A stretch of 46,501 nt of DNA from a virus. Lineage: Duplodnaviria; Caudoviricetes. The notes under the pieces are model-generated. The model worked only from the letters and a program-made list of their open reading frames with translations, did not search any database and was not told the DNA's origin. The stretch is taken from positions 1 through 46,501 of IMG/VR virus record IMGVR_UViG_3300005512_000063. One strand, 5' to 3'. The translations under genes were made by a program, and so were the position numbers. This document shows, piece by piece, positions 37,675 to 46,093 of this stretch (its first letter is position 1; each line of letters begins with the position of its first letter).

Positions 37675-38257
37675 AATCCGGACCGAAGTACGACTTCAGT
37701 ATACCATGAGCCGGGTCGTTATCGGCCATATACCGGTCAAAACTTGAAAACCGGTCGGGATTAGGGGACTTGGACACTGCCATACCGGACAAAACACTTA
37801 TATAGGCCGATAAGCGCCTTTTACAATCTGTAACATACTGGCTGTAGAAGTTTTCTCTGTCCTTTTTGTGCCAAAGTTTATTGGAAAAGTAAATACCCAA
37901 GTCGTAATGCTTAGAACTCTGCACTTCTCTGTCCGGTTCAGAGCTAAAAACCGTATCTACTAGGTCATGTTCGCCGTTTGAGGGGTGAAAATCAGTAGCA
38001 CCGAAGTATCCCTTAGCTGTCATGATGTATTCAGAGCCAAAAATTGGGAAAAAAGACTCTGTGCAAGGGTAGATAAGAGAGGTTTCGGCAAAAAATTTGC
38101 CCGGAACATCAAAGATACATGTTCTTGCATATAAAATCCCCCTACTTCTGTCTTCGGACCACATCGATCTGAGAAGAGCAGGTTCTTTATAGCGAAGTTT
38201 ACTTGACCAACTAAGACCCGTAATGTTTTCTAGCCAATTTTCCTTTTTAAAAATCAT
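37619..38257 (-). CDS. Ferredoxin-dependent bilin reductase, PebA/PebS-like
   Basis: IYP...PIFGSE...DFHP...YD...YFS...FDRYMADNDPAHGILKSYFGPDFANEYIRGFLFP. Confidence 0.85.
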   Translation of the reverse strand: MIFKKENWLENITGLSWSSKLRYKEPALLRSMWSEDRSRGILYARTCIFDVPGKFFAETSLIYPCTESFFPIFGSEYIMTAKGYFGATDFHPSNGEHDLVDTVFSSEPDREVQSSKHYDLGIYFSNKLWHKKDRENFYSQYVTDCKRRLSAYISVLSGMAVSKSPNPDRFSSFDRYMADNDPAHGILKSYFGPDFANEYIRGFLFPHYQTPC

Positions 38258-38262
38258 GATTT

Positions 38263-38379
38263 TTATTGTTTACCGTACAATCTACGAAATCTAGACCAAC
38301 GGGTGATACTAGGTGATACTCCCAAGCTCTTGCAGACCTCCAGATAGCTGTTAAACTCATACCATGGGGTCGATTCCAT
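38263..38379 (-). CDS. Small hypothetical protein (38 aa)
   Basis: Hand translation MESTPWYEFNSYLEVCKSLGVSPSITRWSRFRRLYGKQ*. Fills the intergenic gap. Confidence 0.5.
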   Translation of the reverse strand: MESTPWYEFNSYLEVCKSLGVSPSITRWSRFRRLYGKQ

Positions 38380-38605
38380 CTCTGATTGACTTAGACATTT
38401 TGTAGAATTTACTTGGAACATGCCCTCTTTTCATCATAAAGGTATCATATTTCAGTCTGATGAGCAATCTTTGCTTCATTAGAAACATTTGAAAGGAGAC
38501 CCATGGACTTTTTACAATTTTTAAGTACAAATACTCAGAAACATTAGCGTCTACAGAAACCATGTACAGGAGTATTAGTAATGGGAGCAGGTAAAGGTAG
38601 TCCAT
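38357..38605 (-). CDS. Hypothetical membrane protein
   Basis: Hydrophobic N-terminus. ATG 38605 lies 31 nt after the motif at 38628-38636. Confidence 0.55.
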   Translation of the reverse strand: MDYLYLLPLLILLYMVSVDANVSEYLYLKIVKSPWVSFQMFLMKQRLLIRLKYDTFMMKRGHVPSKFYKMSKSIRDGIDPMV

Positions 38606-38620
38606 AGGGGGATAAAACAT

Positions 38621-39121
38621 CTACCCTGCTTTCAACAGCAGTTCTTGTATGTCTCTTAAATGGTATTTGGGGACAAAATACGCAGGTCTGCCTCCCGCAG
38701 GGTCGGCCCAGAATTCATGTTTCATCATCTCCCCTGCAATACACCAGCCATGAATAAATACTTTCCCTTGTTCTACTGTCACAAGAACTAGTTTTTTACT
38801 AGGATTCTCATCCTTTTGAATAATAAGATCGTACTTGTGCTTGCTCCTGGTCTTCACTTCTACATTACCGGGCAAATCGCAACTCCCCCGCTTAGGGGTT
38901 TTATCTTTAAACAACTGATCTTCAAAACCCATAAACGATGCTACTGCTACTTCGCCAAGAGCCCCAAGCTCATGCATCCTAAGGGCTTTCTCCCCATACG
39001 CAGGAGCCCTATTTCTCCCCCTATACCTTCTTGCTTCGTTTACGCTTTGGCGCCTCTGAGCTTCGTCCTGAGCTAGTTTTAGGAGATCCGGAGACAGATG
39101 TACTCTTATCGGTGTTGGCAT
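38621..39121 (-). CDS. Hypothetical protein, possible PD-(D/E)XK nuclease fold
   Basis: GALGE.AVA...CDLPGNVEVKTR pattern. Confidence 0.55.
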   Translation of the reverse strand: MPTPIRVHLSPDLLKLAQDEAQRRQSVNEARRYRGRNRAPAYGEKALRMHELGALGEVAVASFMGFEDQLFKDKTPKRGSCDLPGNVEVKTRSKHKYDLIIQKDENPSKKLVLVTVEQGKVFIHGWCIAGEMMKHEFWADPAGGRPAYFVPKYHLRDIQELLLKAG

Positions 39122-40973
39122 TGATTTTTTCTAACCACCCGGTAATTTTAACACTTACCACTGGGATTGGCAAGTCCTTGTTTTCGGATATAAATGCGTT
39201 CCAGGCGTTCTTCCCCCTCTTAGGTAACCCTTTGGCCTCAGCCTCGGCCCTTATCCGATCAAGATTCTGCTTATACTCTCTCCTCCCCTCTCTACTCCTG
39301 ATTCTTACCTCGTGCATATGCACGGTCCATCTTTCTTCAATTTTTTGTTGTCCCATATTTTCTTTTAACCATTTCTTAACATATCTGCTACTTAGTCCTA
39401 TCTCTTTCCCTTGCTCGATCATTTTTTCCTCTTTGGTAATGCCCCTCTCCCGGGAGGGGGTTTCTGGGATACTCTCGGTCATCCAGAGGGCCCTTGTAGG
39501 GCCTCCCAGAGGCCTTAGAGAAGCAATCTGAGCGCACATGGTATCATCAAGTTCTCGGCCGGTGTGGCAAAGCGGTTTTAGATCGTCTATTTGAGTTTTT
39601 ACATCCCCATATTCTCTCTCAACCGACCCCCTCTCTGTCCTTATCATTGTCGATATGGGCACTCCGACTACATACTGAGCCATATCTCTACTCATCTTCC
39701 AGACCTTCGCCACCTTATCAATCGCTGACTCTTTATCTCTCGACTTCCTGAGAATATCAATAAACTTGTCGATATCGTCAAGAACTTCTATAATAGAAGA
39801 CAGACGTTCAAGTTTCTCAGAAAGTTTGTCAACTTTCCTGGTGTATTTATTAATAAGATATTTCTCTCTTTCTTTATACCACGTACTAATTGCCTCTTTA
39901 ACCCCCACAGTACGCGGCCTATTATCTAACCCTACCGCGACACAATTAACATTGTGAGTATATTTAAGGCCCGTATTTCCATGTACCAAAGCTGTTATTA
40001 ACTCATTTCTTTGCTCTTTCGTCTTGGTTACAAGGACAATACGGACCCCCTCACGGCTAGAATAATCAGCAGCGTCAAGAAGACCTGGGGGGAGCTTATC
40101 CTCTTCAGCAAGAGTCCGGACTTTTTCTAGAAATTTCTCGGAAGAACCGTTAGCGAGACGGGTAATCACTAAAGCCGGCCTTGTCGATTTCTTACCCCAC
40201 TTGATATCGTCTTGGGTCTCCCACTCTCCCAGGACAGTAACCGACCCTTTGCCCGTCTTAAGGGCGTCGGAGAGTCCTTCATCTTTCATCACCCTGCCCC
40301 CCTGAGGGAGTTCAGGGGGGTGGGAAAACTTAGCGAGGAGGGATTTATCGCTAATCGTTTTATTTTTTATCCACGCCCTCGTAGCAGCTATCACATCGCT
40401 GATGTTATAGGGTACATAGTGACATGCATATCCCGAGGCAATTCCCTGCGCACCTGTTAGTAGTAGAGCGGGTAGCTTGGGTACGTATCTAACTAATTCA
40501 CTGCTAGTGCCATCGTAGTTCGGTCGCCAATTCCCCAACCCGTGGGCGATTTCTTCCATGTATAGCTTCTCTGCCACATCTGTAGCCCGAACTTCCAGAT
40601 ACCTGGGAGCGGCTGGTGGATCTTCTGACACCATCTGACCGGCGTACTTACCCGTCTGTATCGATCCCCCAGCATTACCGTGAATATCCGTAAGTACATA
40701 TCTCATAGTGCACTGCTGACCCATGTTAATAATGGTTGATGAGCAGTTACCCTGGGGGTGGTATTTTCCTAGGACATTACCTTCCAGCTTTGTAACTTTA
40801 CAATATGCCGATGAGCTATTTAGCTTAAGATCGGTCATCCCCATAAGGACTCGTCTCTGAGCGACTTTGAGGCCGTCCACGATGTCAGGAAGAGCACGGT
40901 TATAAATCGCTGTAGAGTAGGATAAAAAGTCTCCTATCAGCTCGTTAGTAATCGATACTCTGCTGTTATTCAT
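39021..40973 (-). CDS. Type IIA topoisomerase subunit A (GyrA/ParC-like)
   Basis: FLSYS...RALPDIVDGLKVAQRR, KYHPQG, AAPRY (catalytic Tyr) and LLLTGAQGIASG motifs. Confidence 0.9.
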   Translation of the reverse strand: MNNSRVSITNELIGDFLSYSTAIYNRALPDIVDGLKVAQRRVLMGMTDLKLNSSSAYCKVTKLEGNVLGKYHPQGNCSSTIINMGQQCTMRYVLTDIHGNAGGSIQTGKYAGQMVSEDPPAAPRYLEVRATDVAEKLYMEEIAHGLGNWRPNYDGTSSELVRYVPKLPALLLTGAQGIASGYACHYVPYNISDVIAATRAWIKNKTISDKSLLAKFSHPPELPQGGRVMKDEGLSDALKTGKGSVTVLGEWETQDDIKWGKKSTRPALVITRLANGSSEKFLEKVRTLAEEDKLPPGLLDAADYSSREGVRIVLVTKTKEQRNELITALVHGNTGLKYTHNVNCVAVGLDNRPRTVGVKEAISTWYKEREKYLINKYTRKVDKLSEKLERLSSIIEVLDDIDKFIDILRKSRDKESAIDKVAKVWKMSRDMAQYVVGVPISTMIRTERGSVEREYGDVKTQIDDLKPLCHTGRELDDTMCAQIASLRPLGGPTRALWMTESIPETPSRERGITKEEKMIEQGKEIGLSSRYVKKWLKENMGQQKIEERWTVHMHEVRIRSREGRREYKQNLDRIRAEAEAKGLPKRGKNAWNAFISENKDLPIPVVSVKITGWLEKINANTDKSTSVSGSPKTSSGRSSEAPKRKRSKKV

Positions 40974-41325
40974 AGCCTACTGGGTAAATACCGATATTCC
41001 GCGATAGCAAGAAATATCCGATATCTTTGTTAAAATACTCGATATAAGTTTCTTGACCGTTGAGTATGAAGTTATTATAGTAATCTTTTACTATCTCCAT
41101 CTCCTCTTCGCTCTGCATTTCAGACGGATAGCTGCTTCTCAGGCATAAAGTTCCGTCTTCTGGGTCTAGTTCCATAATCTCTACCGTATCGCCGAATACG
41201 GGGTGTTCTATCCTGACCTTGAAAGTTGTCATATCAACCTGTACAACCTCCCTAATGATATCTGTACGATCGGACAGATACTTCCCCTCCACGTAGATCT
41301 CGGGGTATCGTTTTAACTTCTGCAT
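40966..41325 (-). CDS. Hypothetical protein
   Basis: 119 aa, overlapping the topoisomerase start by 8 nt. Confidence 0.6.
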   Translation of the reverse strand: MQKLKRYPEIYVEGKYLSDRTDIIREVVQVDMTTFKVRIEHPVFGDTVEIMELDPEDGTLCLRSSYPSEMQSEEEMEIVKDYYNNFILNGQETYIEYFNKDIGYFLLSRNIGIYPVGYE

Positions 41326-41342
41326 GCTTTCTTAGTGCTACA

Positions 41343-41600
41343 ATGCTCTCAACTATACACTACGATCTTACCTTGAACCCTGTCACCGAGCTAGAAAAGA
41401 TGATTAAGGAGATGGAAGAAGCGGAGACTGGCAGAAAAAGCCCAAGGATGAAGGACGTTAGGGTGAGGAGAGACGTGGCTGATAAACTCGAGGCGTGGAA
41501 AAAAGCGTGGGGGGATAAGACTCTAACCGACGCTTTGGACCGGGCATTAACAATGGCCAAGGGGGAACTGCAGAGCCTTATTGATGATCTGAGAGAATAG
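41343..41600 (+). CDS. Putative ribbon-helix-helix DNA-binding protein
   Basis: KDVRVRRDVADKLEAWK...TLTDALDRAL. The true start is probably an internal Met. Confidence 0.5.
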   Translation: MLSTIHYDLTLNPVTELEKMIKEMEEAETGRKSPRMKDVRVRRDVADKLEAWKKAWGDKTLTDALDRALTMAKGELQSLIDDLRE

Positions 41601-41631
41601 TGCTATACTTTTATAGTTGACTTCCACAGCG

Positions 41632-41874
41632 ATGAAGCAAAAAACTCTCTTCGGCCCCTTCGAGCCCTTTGTCCACTGCCACGATGACACCTACCACAGG
41701 AAGGATAAACCAGGCCGCTGCGGGGTGTGCGGTAAACCGACTCATTACAAGTCCTTGTATTCTGCCGAATTTTGCTGTAGTGTAGAGTGCAGCAACGAGC
41801 TCTGGTGCGAAATCAGTGAAAAAGTTGCCACGACCTCTACCAGGAAGAAAAACTCCCATGGCAAAAGAAAATAA
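41632..41874 (+). CDS. Small zinc-finger-like protein
   Basis: CGVCGK...CCSVEC. Downstream of TGCTATACT at 41601-41609. Confidence 0.55.
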   Translation: MKQKTLFGPFEPFVHCHDDTYHRKDKPGRCGVCGKPTHYKSLYSAEFCCSVECSNELWCEISEKVATTSTRKKNSHGKRK

Positions 41875-43279
41875 AGTCGAAGAGCTTTACACTATTGCCA
41901 CTGATCCCAGCTCAGGAGCTAAAAAACTCCTGTGGGCCTGGGGTCAGACTAAGTCGTCGAGGGTTAGGAAGGCTATTGCCAGTAATCCTAACTCCGACTC
42001 AAAAATCTTGGCCATGGCGGCAAGGTTGTATATCAAAGAAGTTATTAACAACCCTTCACTCGAACTGATTAATCTGTTTAATGAGGATAAGTTCATTAAA
42101 GAGATCTATGAAGCGTACATAAATCCGGAAAAATACACTAAAATTAATGTAATTCATCATTCCAACGAAAAAGAGAATATTGCCAGAGCGGTCATAGTAT
42201 CTCCGAATCTAAAAACCTATGGTCCTCTGAACTCTATAATCTCCTTTGTTAATCAGACAGAGTTTACTAGAGAACTAAAAGATCCTGTAGTAAAAAATAA
42301 TATACAGAGGATTGTAAAATCCAATCTCGACCTAATTAACCTGCCCACCATCATATTCTTCATGAAGTGTGATGTGGTAGACATTAGTGACTTTGAATCT
42401 TCTCTTGACCAGAGAATGCCGGAGTCCAGATCGTCCAACTGGGTAGGTAAATCCACTTACTGTAAGTTTTTCTCCAAATTAGCAGAGAATTCTTCTACCT
42501 ACGAAACCCTGCTGAAGTTTATTTATACCGCTACCCCCGGTAATTCCAGAGATTTTATTAAAATGGTAAAGGAAGACAGTGACCTGTCTTCGGATGAGAT
42601 GTTAGATCTTTATGCCAGTTTGTATAAAGATTCCACCCACATCGCTGTTAAATTGAGAAGGCAGAGGAAAGTCAGTTCGAGGATGAGTTACTCCTATAAC
42701 TATAGTCGCCTCTGTGATGATGACTGGAGCTATCACCTCTGCGATCTACTCTGGACCGCTATTATTTCTAGAAATTCAGACGAGATTAAAAATTTTGACT
42801 TTGAAACCCTGTATGGAGATTTGGACAGAGTCGGATTTATAGACGAAATGGGCCCCTACAAGTGTCCGCTTAAGTTTCAGTATGAAGGGATTTCAAATAA
42901 AAATAAGGTAATTGACAGCCTATTAAATCTAAAAGACAATAGAGTTCTAGAATTTTTCTTAACCAGCGGAATGGTAAAAGATGAGTGGTTTATTTCCAGA
43001 AAAACTAGTAGTTTGGAGTCCAAACTCGTAGATCGCATCGATCATATCAATGAGCTTAAGTTCTATAACGGAGAGCCTCTGCTCTATGAGTATTCAAATT
43101 TAGAGCTACCATGCCCCGTAGTTAAGGTGAAATTCCAAAACGGCCTTAACTCGAACCATGAGAGGTTTAAGGTTTCCACTAATTATCGGGAGTCTGATTC
43201 CGATCTCTTAAAGCTACCCCTGCCAGAGGTGTCCGGCAGGGCGAGCTCGGGTCTTTTAGATAAGATCTCTACCCCCTAA
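41858..43279 (+). CDS. Hypothetical protein with an N-terminal LRV/HEAT-like repeat
   Basis: RVRKAIASNPNS motif. Likely ATG start at 41858. Confidence 0.65.
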   Translation: MAKENKVEELYTIATDPSSGAKKLLWAWGQTKSSRVRKAIASNPNSDSKILAMAARLYIKEVINNPSLELINLFNEDKFIKEIYEAYINPEKYTKINVIHHSNEKENIARAVIVSPNLKTYGPLNSIISFVNQTEFTRELKDPVVKNNIQRIVKSNLDLINLPTIIFFMKCDVVDISDFESSLDQRMPESRSSNWVGKSTYCKFFSKLAENSSTYETLLKFIYTATPGNSRDFIKMVKEDSDLSSDEMLDLYASLYKDSTHIAVKLRRQRKVSSRMSYSYNYSRLCDDDWSYHLCDLLWTAIISRNSDEIKNFDFETLYGDLDRVGFIDEMGPYKCPLKFQYEGISNKNKVIDSLLNLKDNRVLEFFLTSGMVKDEWFISRKTSSLESKLVDRIDHINELKFYNGEPLLYEYSNLELPCPVVKVKFQNGLNSNHERFKVSTNYRESDSDLLKLPLPEVSGRASSGLLDKISTP

Positions 43280-44024
43280 GGTCGTCCCAGAACTTCTTTA
43301 TTTTGTCGTCGTAGAGACGCTTCACCTTAATCGACTGATACTTCTGAGCTCCAGTAGGATTAGTGCCATCCCGATCGTATTCGATTCCGATCGGGGGGTA
43401 TTTTGCTGATGTAATGGCGATCAGGATGGATAGCCCGTCCTCGCCAGAGTCCATCTTCTTTCTGACCACCTTGACCCGTTTCTCGAAGGAATCGGGGTCC
43501 AGAGAAGTGCCCAGCCAGGCCTTCACAACATCCTCAGCGGTGAGTGTCTTGCTAGAGCTGGTGTTTACCACCGGATTGGATGAGACAGTCACTTGAATAC
43601 CTAAATTCCTACGAAACCGAACGGGCAAGTAGCTGGACTCCTGCCCTGAATTTCTTGATTTTTCAATCTTACTACATAATCCGGAGATAAATGCCCGGCC
43701 TTTAGACTTTAAAATATCCTCATAAAACGAGTTTTTGAAGTCGTTGGGGTCGGATTCCATCCCTTCTCTGAACCCATTTTCCCACTCATTAAGTTTTCTT
43801 ACAATAGTGGAGGTAAGGTTGGGCTTCTTGTCTTCCCTGTTCCACTTCATTCCTTGAGAGCGAGCTTCAAGGATTCTTTTGTCTAGTGCCTCTTTTTTCT
43901 CTAGGCCTTTGTTTTTTATCTCGAGAATAGAGTCAATAAGGGTCTGTTTGCTCAGGGTCTGAAGCCAGGTGGGCGAGACGGAGCTCTGCAAGACGATTTT
44001 GTCTATGTCTGAGAGGTTGGACAC
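43269..44024 (-). CDS. Hypothetical protein
   Basis: 251 aa, downstream of TGGTATACT at 44052-44060. Confidence 0.65.
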   Translation of the reverse strand: MSNLSDIDKIVLQSSVSPTWLQTLSKQTLIDSILEIKNKGLEKKEALDKRILEARSQGMKWNREDKKPNLTSTIVRKLNEWENGFREGMESDPNDFKNSFYEDILKSKGRAFISGLCSKIEKSRNSGQESSYLPVRFRRNLGIQVTVSSNPVVNTSSSKTLTAEDVVKAWLGTSLDPDSFEKRVKVVRKKMDSGEDGLSILIAITSAKYPPIGIEYDRDGTNPTGAQKYQSIKVKRLYDDKIKKFWDDLRG

Positions 44025-44059
44025 GAGGAGGTGTTTCCCGGTACGGACTCAAGTATACC

Positions 44060-44508
44060 ACACAGAAACCACATGGGCGGCAGGACATTATATACACAGA
44101 AATCACATCTAAGTACGCAGGGCCAAAATTTTTATCTATTAAAATCACATTTTCTCGACTAGATTATATACACAGAAATCACATTTATATGCACAAAAAT
44201 CCTATTTACTTACATAAAATCACACCGTTCGGGAAAAATTACCTACATAAAAATCACATTTACCTACACAAAAATCACATTTTCCCCAAAAATTACCTAC
44301 ATAAAAATCACATTTACCTACACAAAAATCACATTTTCCCCAAAAATTATATACACAGAAATCACATTTTTACCGTATTTTATATACACAAAAATCACAT
44401 TTACCTACACAAAAATCACATTTGTCCTGAATATTTTATACACAGAAATCACATTTTCCCCAAAAATTATATACACAGAAATCACATTTACCTACACAGA
44501 AATCACAT
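44060..44508. repeat. Iteron-like array of about 16 copies of 21-bp TTAYMTACAYARAAATCACAT; putative replication origin
   Basis: From 44239 to 44508 the copies start strictly 21 or 33 bp apart. Intergenic between divergent genes. Confidence 0.85.
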
Positions 44509-44606
44509 CGCCCGGAGGGGTCATTACCAGCACCAGGCCATATTTAGGGGGTAAACCCCCCTAAAACGCTATATATAGCGTACCTGACCCTTCGCCTTGA
44601 AGCCTT

Positions 44607-44705
44607 CTCCTCCTCTCTCTCTACTCTTATACTCTTTATACCTATATAGTACATATATATTATGTATATAATATGTAGAGAAGAGAGAAGAGAGGGAGGA
44701 GAGGT
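44607..44705. repeat. Pyrimidine tract / AT-rich core / purine tract imperfect inverted repeat
   Basis: CTCCTCCTCTCTCTCTAC...TATATAGTACATATATATTATGTATATAATAT...GTAGAGAAGAGAGAAGAGAGGGAGGAG. Confidence 0.6.
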
Positions 44706-44732
44706 GAAAGGAGAGATGGAGGAGCAAACCAC

Positions 44733-44948
44733 ATGAAATTCGAATTCAACGAAACCACGATCTCTTACGATTATGAGTCTCAAGAGGTCCATGTTTATAC
44801 AACGCTCTCAGAGGTGGCTAGAAGCCTCCTGAAGGGGCCTAAACCCCCTCTCAGGTACAAACACCTTCAACCGGGGTACGAGCTCTCCTACAGGCTCTCA
44901 GAGTGCTTAGAGCCAATCGACCTAATTATTATTAAGAAAAATGACTGA
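44733..44948 (+). CDS. Hypothetical protein
   Basis: 71 aa with a GGAGG RBS. Confidence 0.6.
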   Translation: MKFEFNETTISYDYESQEVHVYTTLSEVARSLLKGPKPPLRYKHLQPGYELSYRLSECLEPIDLIIIKKND

Positions 44949-45120
44949 AATTTCACCCACAGACATCCATACGGCGTTATACTCCTTCATCGGAGTGATG
45001 TTCGCCGAGGTAGTGGTAAAGCCCATAGCCGTCCGCACAGGGAGATATCTACTTCGTAAGCTGGACGGACAGATCAAGATTATTCCTGACTGGTTAAGTA
45101 AGCCTAAAAACTCGCATTGA
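44941..45120 (+). CDS. Small hypothetical membrane protein (59 aa)
   Basis: Hand translation MTEISPTDIHTALYSFIGVMFAEVVVKPIAVR... with an 8-nt overlap with the upstream gene. Confidence 0.5.
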   Translation: MTEISPTDIHTALYSFIGVMFAEVVVKPIAVRTGRYLLRKLDGQIKIIPDWLSKPKNSH

Positions 45121-45322
45121 GTACCCATCCCACTATCCTCTTCTCTAAGAGTCTCCATGGGACTAGCCTTAGTTCTCTATACGTTAATGCGCCTATGCGC
45201 ATATACTCCCAAACTGATATAGAGATAGCTATGTCAAACTCTTCCTTGTAGTCATTTCTTACCGCGACTAGGTCGTACTGCTTACACATATCTTCAAGAT
45301 GCTCGCAGTTCTCCTCGTACAT
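45104..45322 (-). CDS. Hypothetical protein
   Basis: 72 aa ATG ORF filling the gap. Confidence 0.45.
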   Translation of the reverse strand: MYEENCEHLEDMCKQYDLVAVRNDYKEEFDIAISISVWEYMRIGALTYRELRLVPWRLLEKRIVGWVLNASF

Positions 45323-45366
45323 ATGGTAATATGGTGGGGTACCCTTGTTGTGTATATCAACTAAAA

Positions 45367-45555
45367 ATGGCCAATTATCTGGTGTTTCAGGTGGGGTGTA
45401 TCGAATGCGGGGTAAGCTCGTATCCCGTATCCCTCTGGGATACCCTAGAAGAGGCTAAGCAGGCCCGAGACTCCCACCCCAGTACATGGGATACAGAAGG
45501 CGGGGATGGATTCGTTACCATCATAGACTTGCTCACCTGCAAGACGGCGGTATAA
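45367..45555 (+). CDS. Small CxxC hypothetical protein
   Basis: MANYLVFQVGCIECGVSS..., with a likely start at ATG 45367. Confidence 0.55.
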   Translation: MANYLVFQVGCIECGVSSYPVSLWDTLEEAKQARDSHPSTWDTEGGDGFVTIIDLLTCKTAV

Positions 45556-45645
45556 TATCTTTACGGCTGGTTCGGGGGTCCTCTAACACTCCCGGTAATA
45601 CTAGGGAGGGCAAAGGTCTTCTCGTTTCCCAGCCCCACCCTCCAT

Positions 45646-45719
45646 GGGCACGTAGTTCAGCGGATCAGAATAGCGCACTTCTAATGCGTAGGTCGGTGGT
45701 TCGAATCCACCCGTGCCCG
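45646..45719 (+). tRNA. tRNA-Arg(UCU)
   Basis: Canonical cloverleaf: GGGCACG/CGTGCCC acceptor, GCGCA-CTTCTAA-TGCGT anticodon arm, GGTGG-TTCGAAT-CCACC T-arm. Confidence 0.95.
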
Positions 45720-45736
45720 TCAACCCCCTCACCCTC

Positions 45737-45871
45737 ATGAAAAAGAAAAAGCTACGGGAGATTATTCAAAGACCATTAAGATTCCACCACCAAGACATCC
45801 ACGAGGAGCTGGAGGAGATTAAACTACTCTTGTACTCCGTCTTAAAGAGGTTAGATGAACAAGAACAATAA
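45737..45871 (+). CDS. Small hypothetical protein (44 aa)
   Basis: Hand translation MKKKKLREIIQRPLRFHHQDIHEELEEIKLLLYSVLKRLDEQEQ*. Confidence 0.55.
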   Translation: MKKKKLREIIQRPLRFHHQDIHEELEEIKLLLYSVLKRLDEQEQ

Positions 45872-46019
45872 CGTGCCAAGCCTCTTCACCATACTATGCG
45901 ACGGGGATTATATCACACTTTTGGCAAAAAGTAAACAGTCGGCATTGTCCGCCGCTATAGAGCTGTACCCAGGCAGAGAAGACTACAGGCTCGTTTCTCC
46001 CGAGCCGATGTGGAAGTGA
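45855..46019 (+). CDS. Small hypothetical protein (54 aa)
   Basis: Hand translation MNKNNNVPSLFTILCDGDYITLLAKSKQSALSAAIELYPG... ending just before the tRNA. Confidence 0.45.
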   Translation: MNKNNNVPSLFTILCDGDYITLLAKSKQSALSAAIELYPGREDYRLVSPEPMWK

Positions 46020-46022
46020 CCT

Positions 46023-46093
46023 TGGGGTTTAGCAATCTGGTGAATGCTCGGCTCATAATTCCGCTAAGGCGAGTTCGATCCTCGCAACCCCCA
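46023..46093 (+). tRNA. Degenerate tRNA with CAU anticodon (Met or Ile2), probable pseudogene
   Basis: GGGGTT/AACCCC acceptor and GCGAG-TTCGATC-CTCGC T-arm are intact. The anticodon arm reads CGG-CTCATAA-TTCCG, so the 5' strand is two nt short. Confidence 0.7.

Noticed and set aside
31581-40973. Inteins, introns or stop-codon reassignment in polymerase or topoisomerase
   Set aside because: Both ORFs are continuous in the standard code with collinear motifs and no splice-junction signatures.
44060-44508. Repeat array as a CRISPR
   Set aside because: Spacers are 0 or 12 bp and some recur, repeats are non-palindromic, and no cas genes are present.
44189-44554. 121-aa ORF of HKNHIY repeats
   Set aside because: An artefact of 21/33-bp repeats (multiples of 3). 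The repeats begin upstream of the ORF and there is no RBS.
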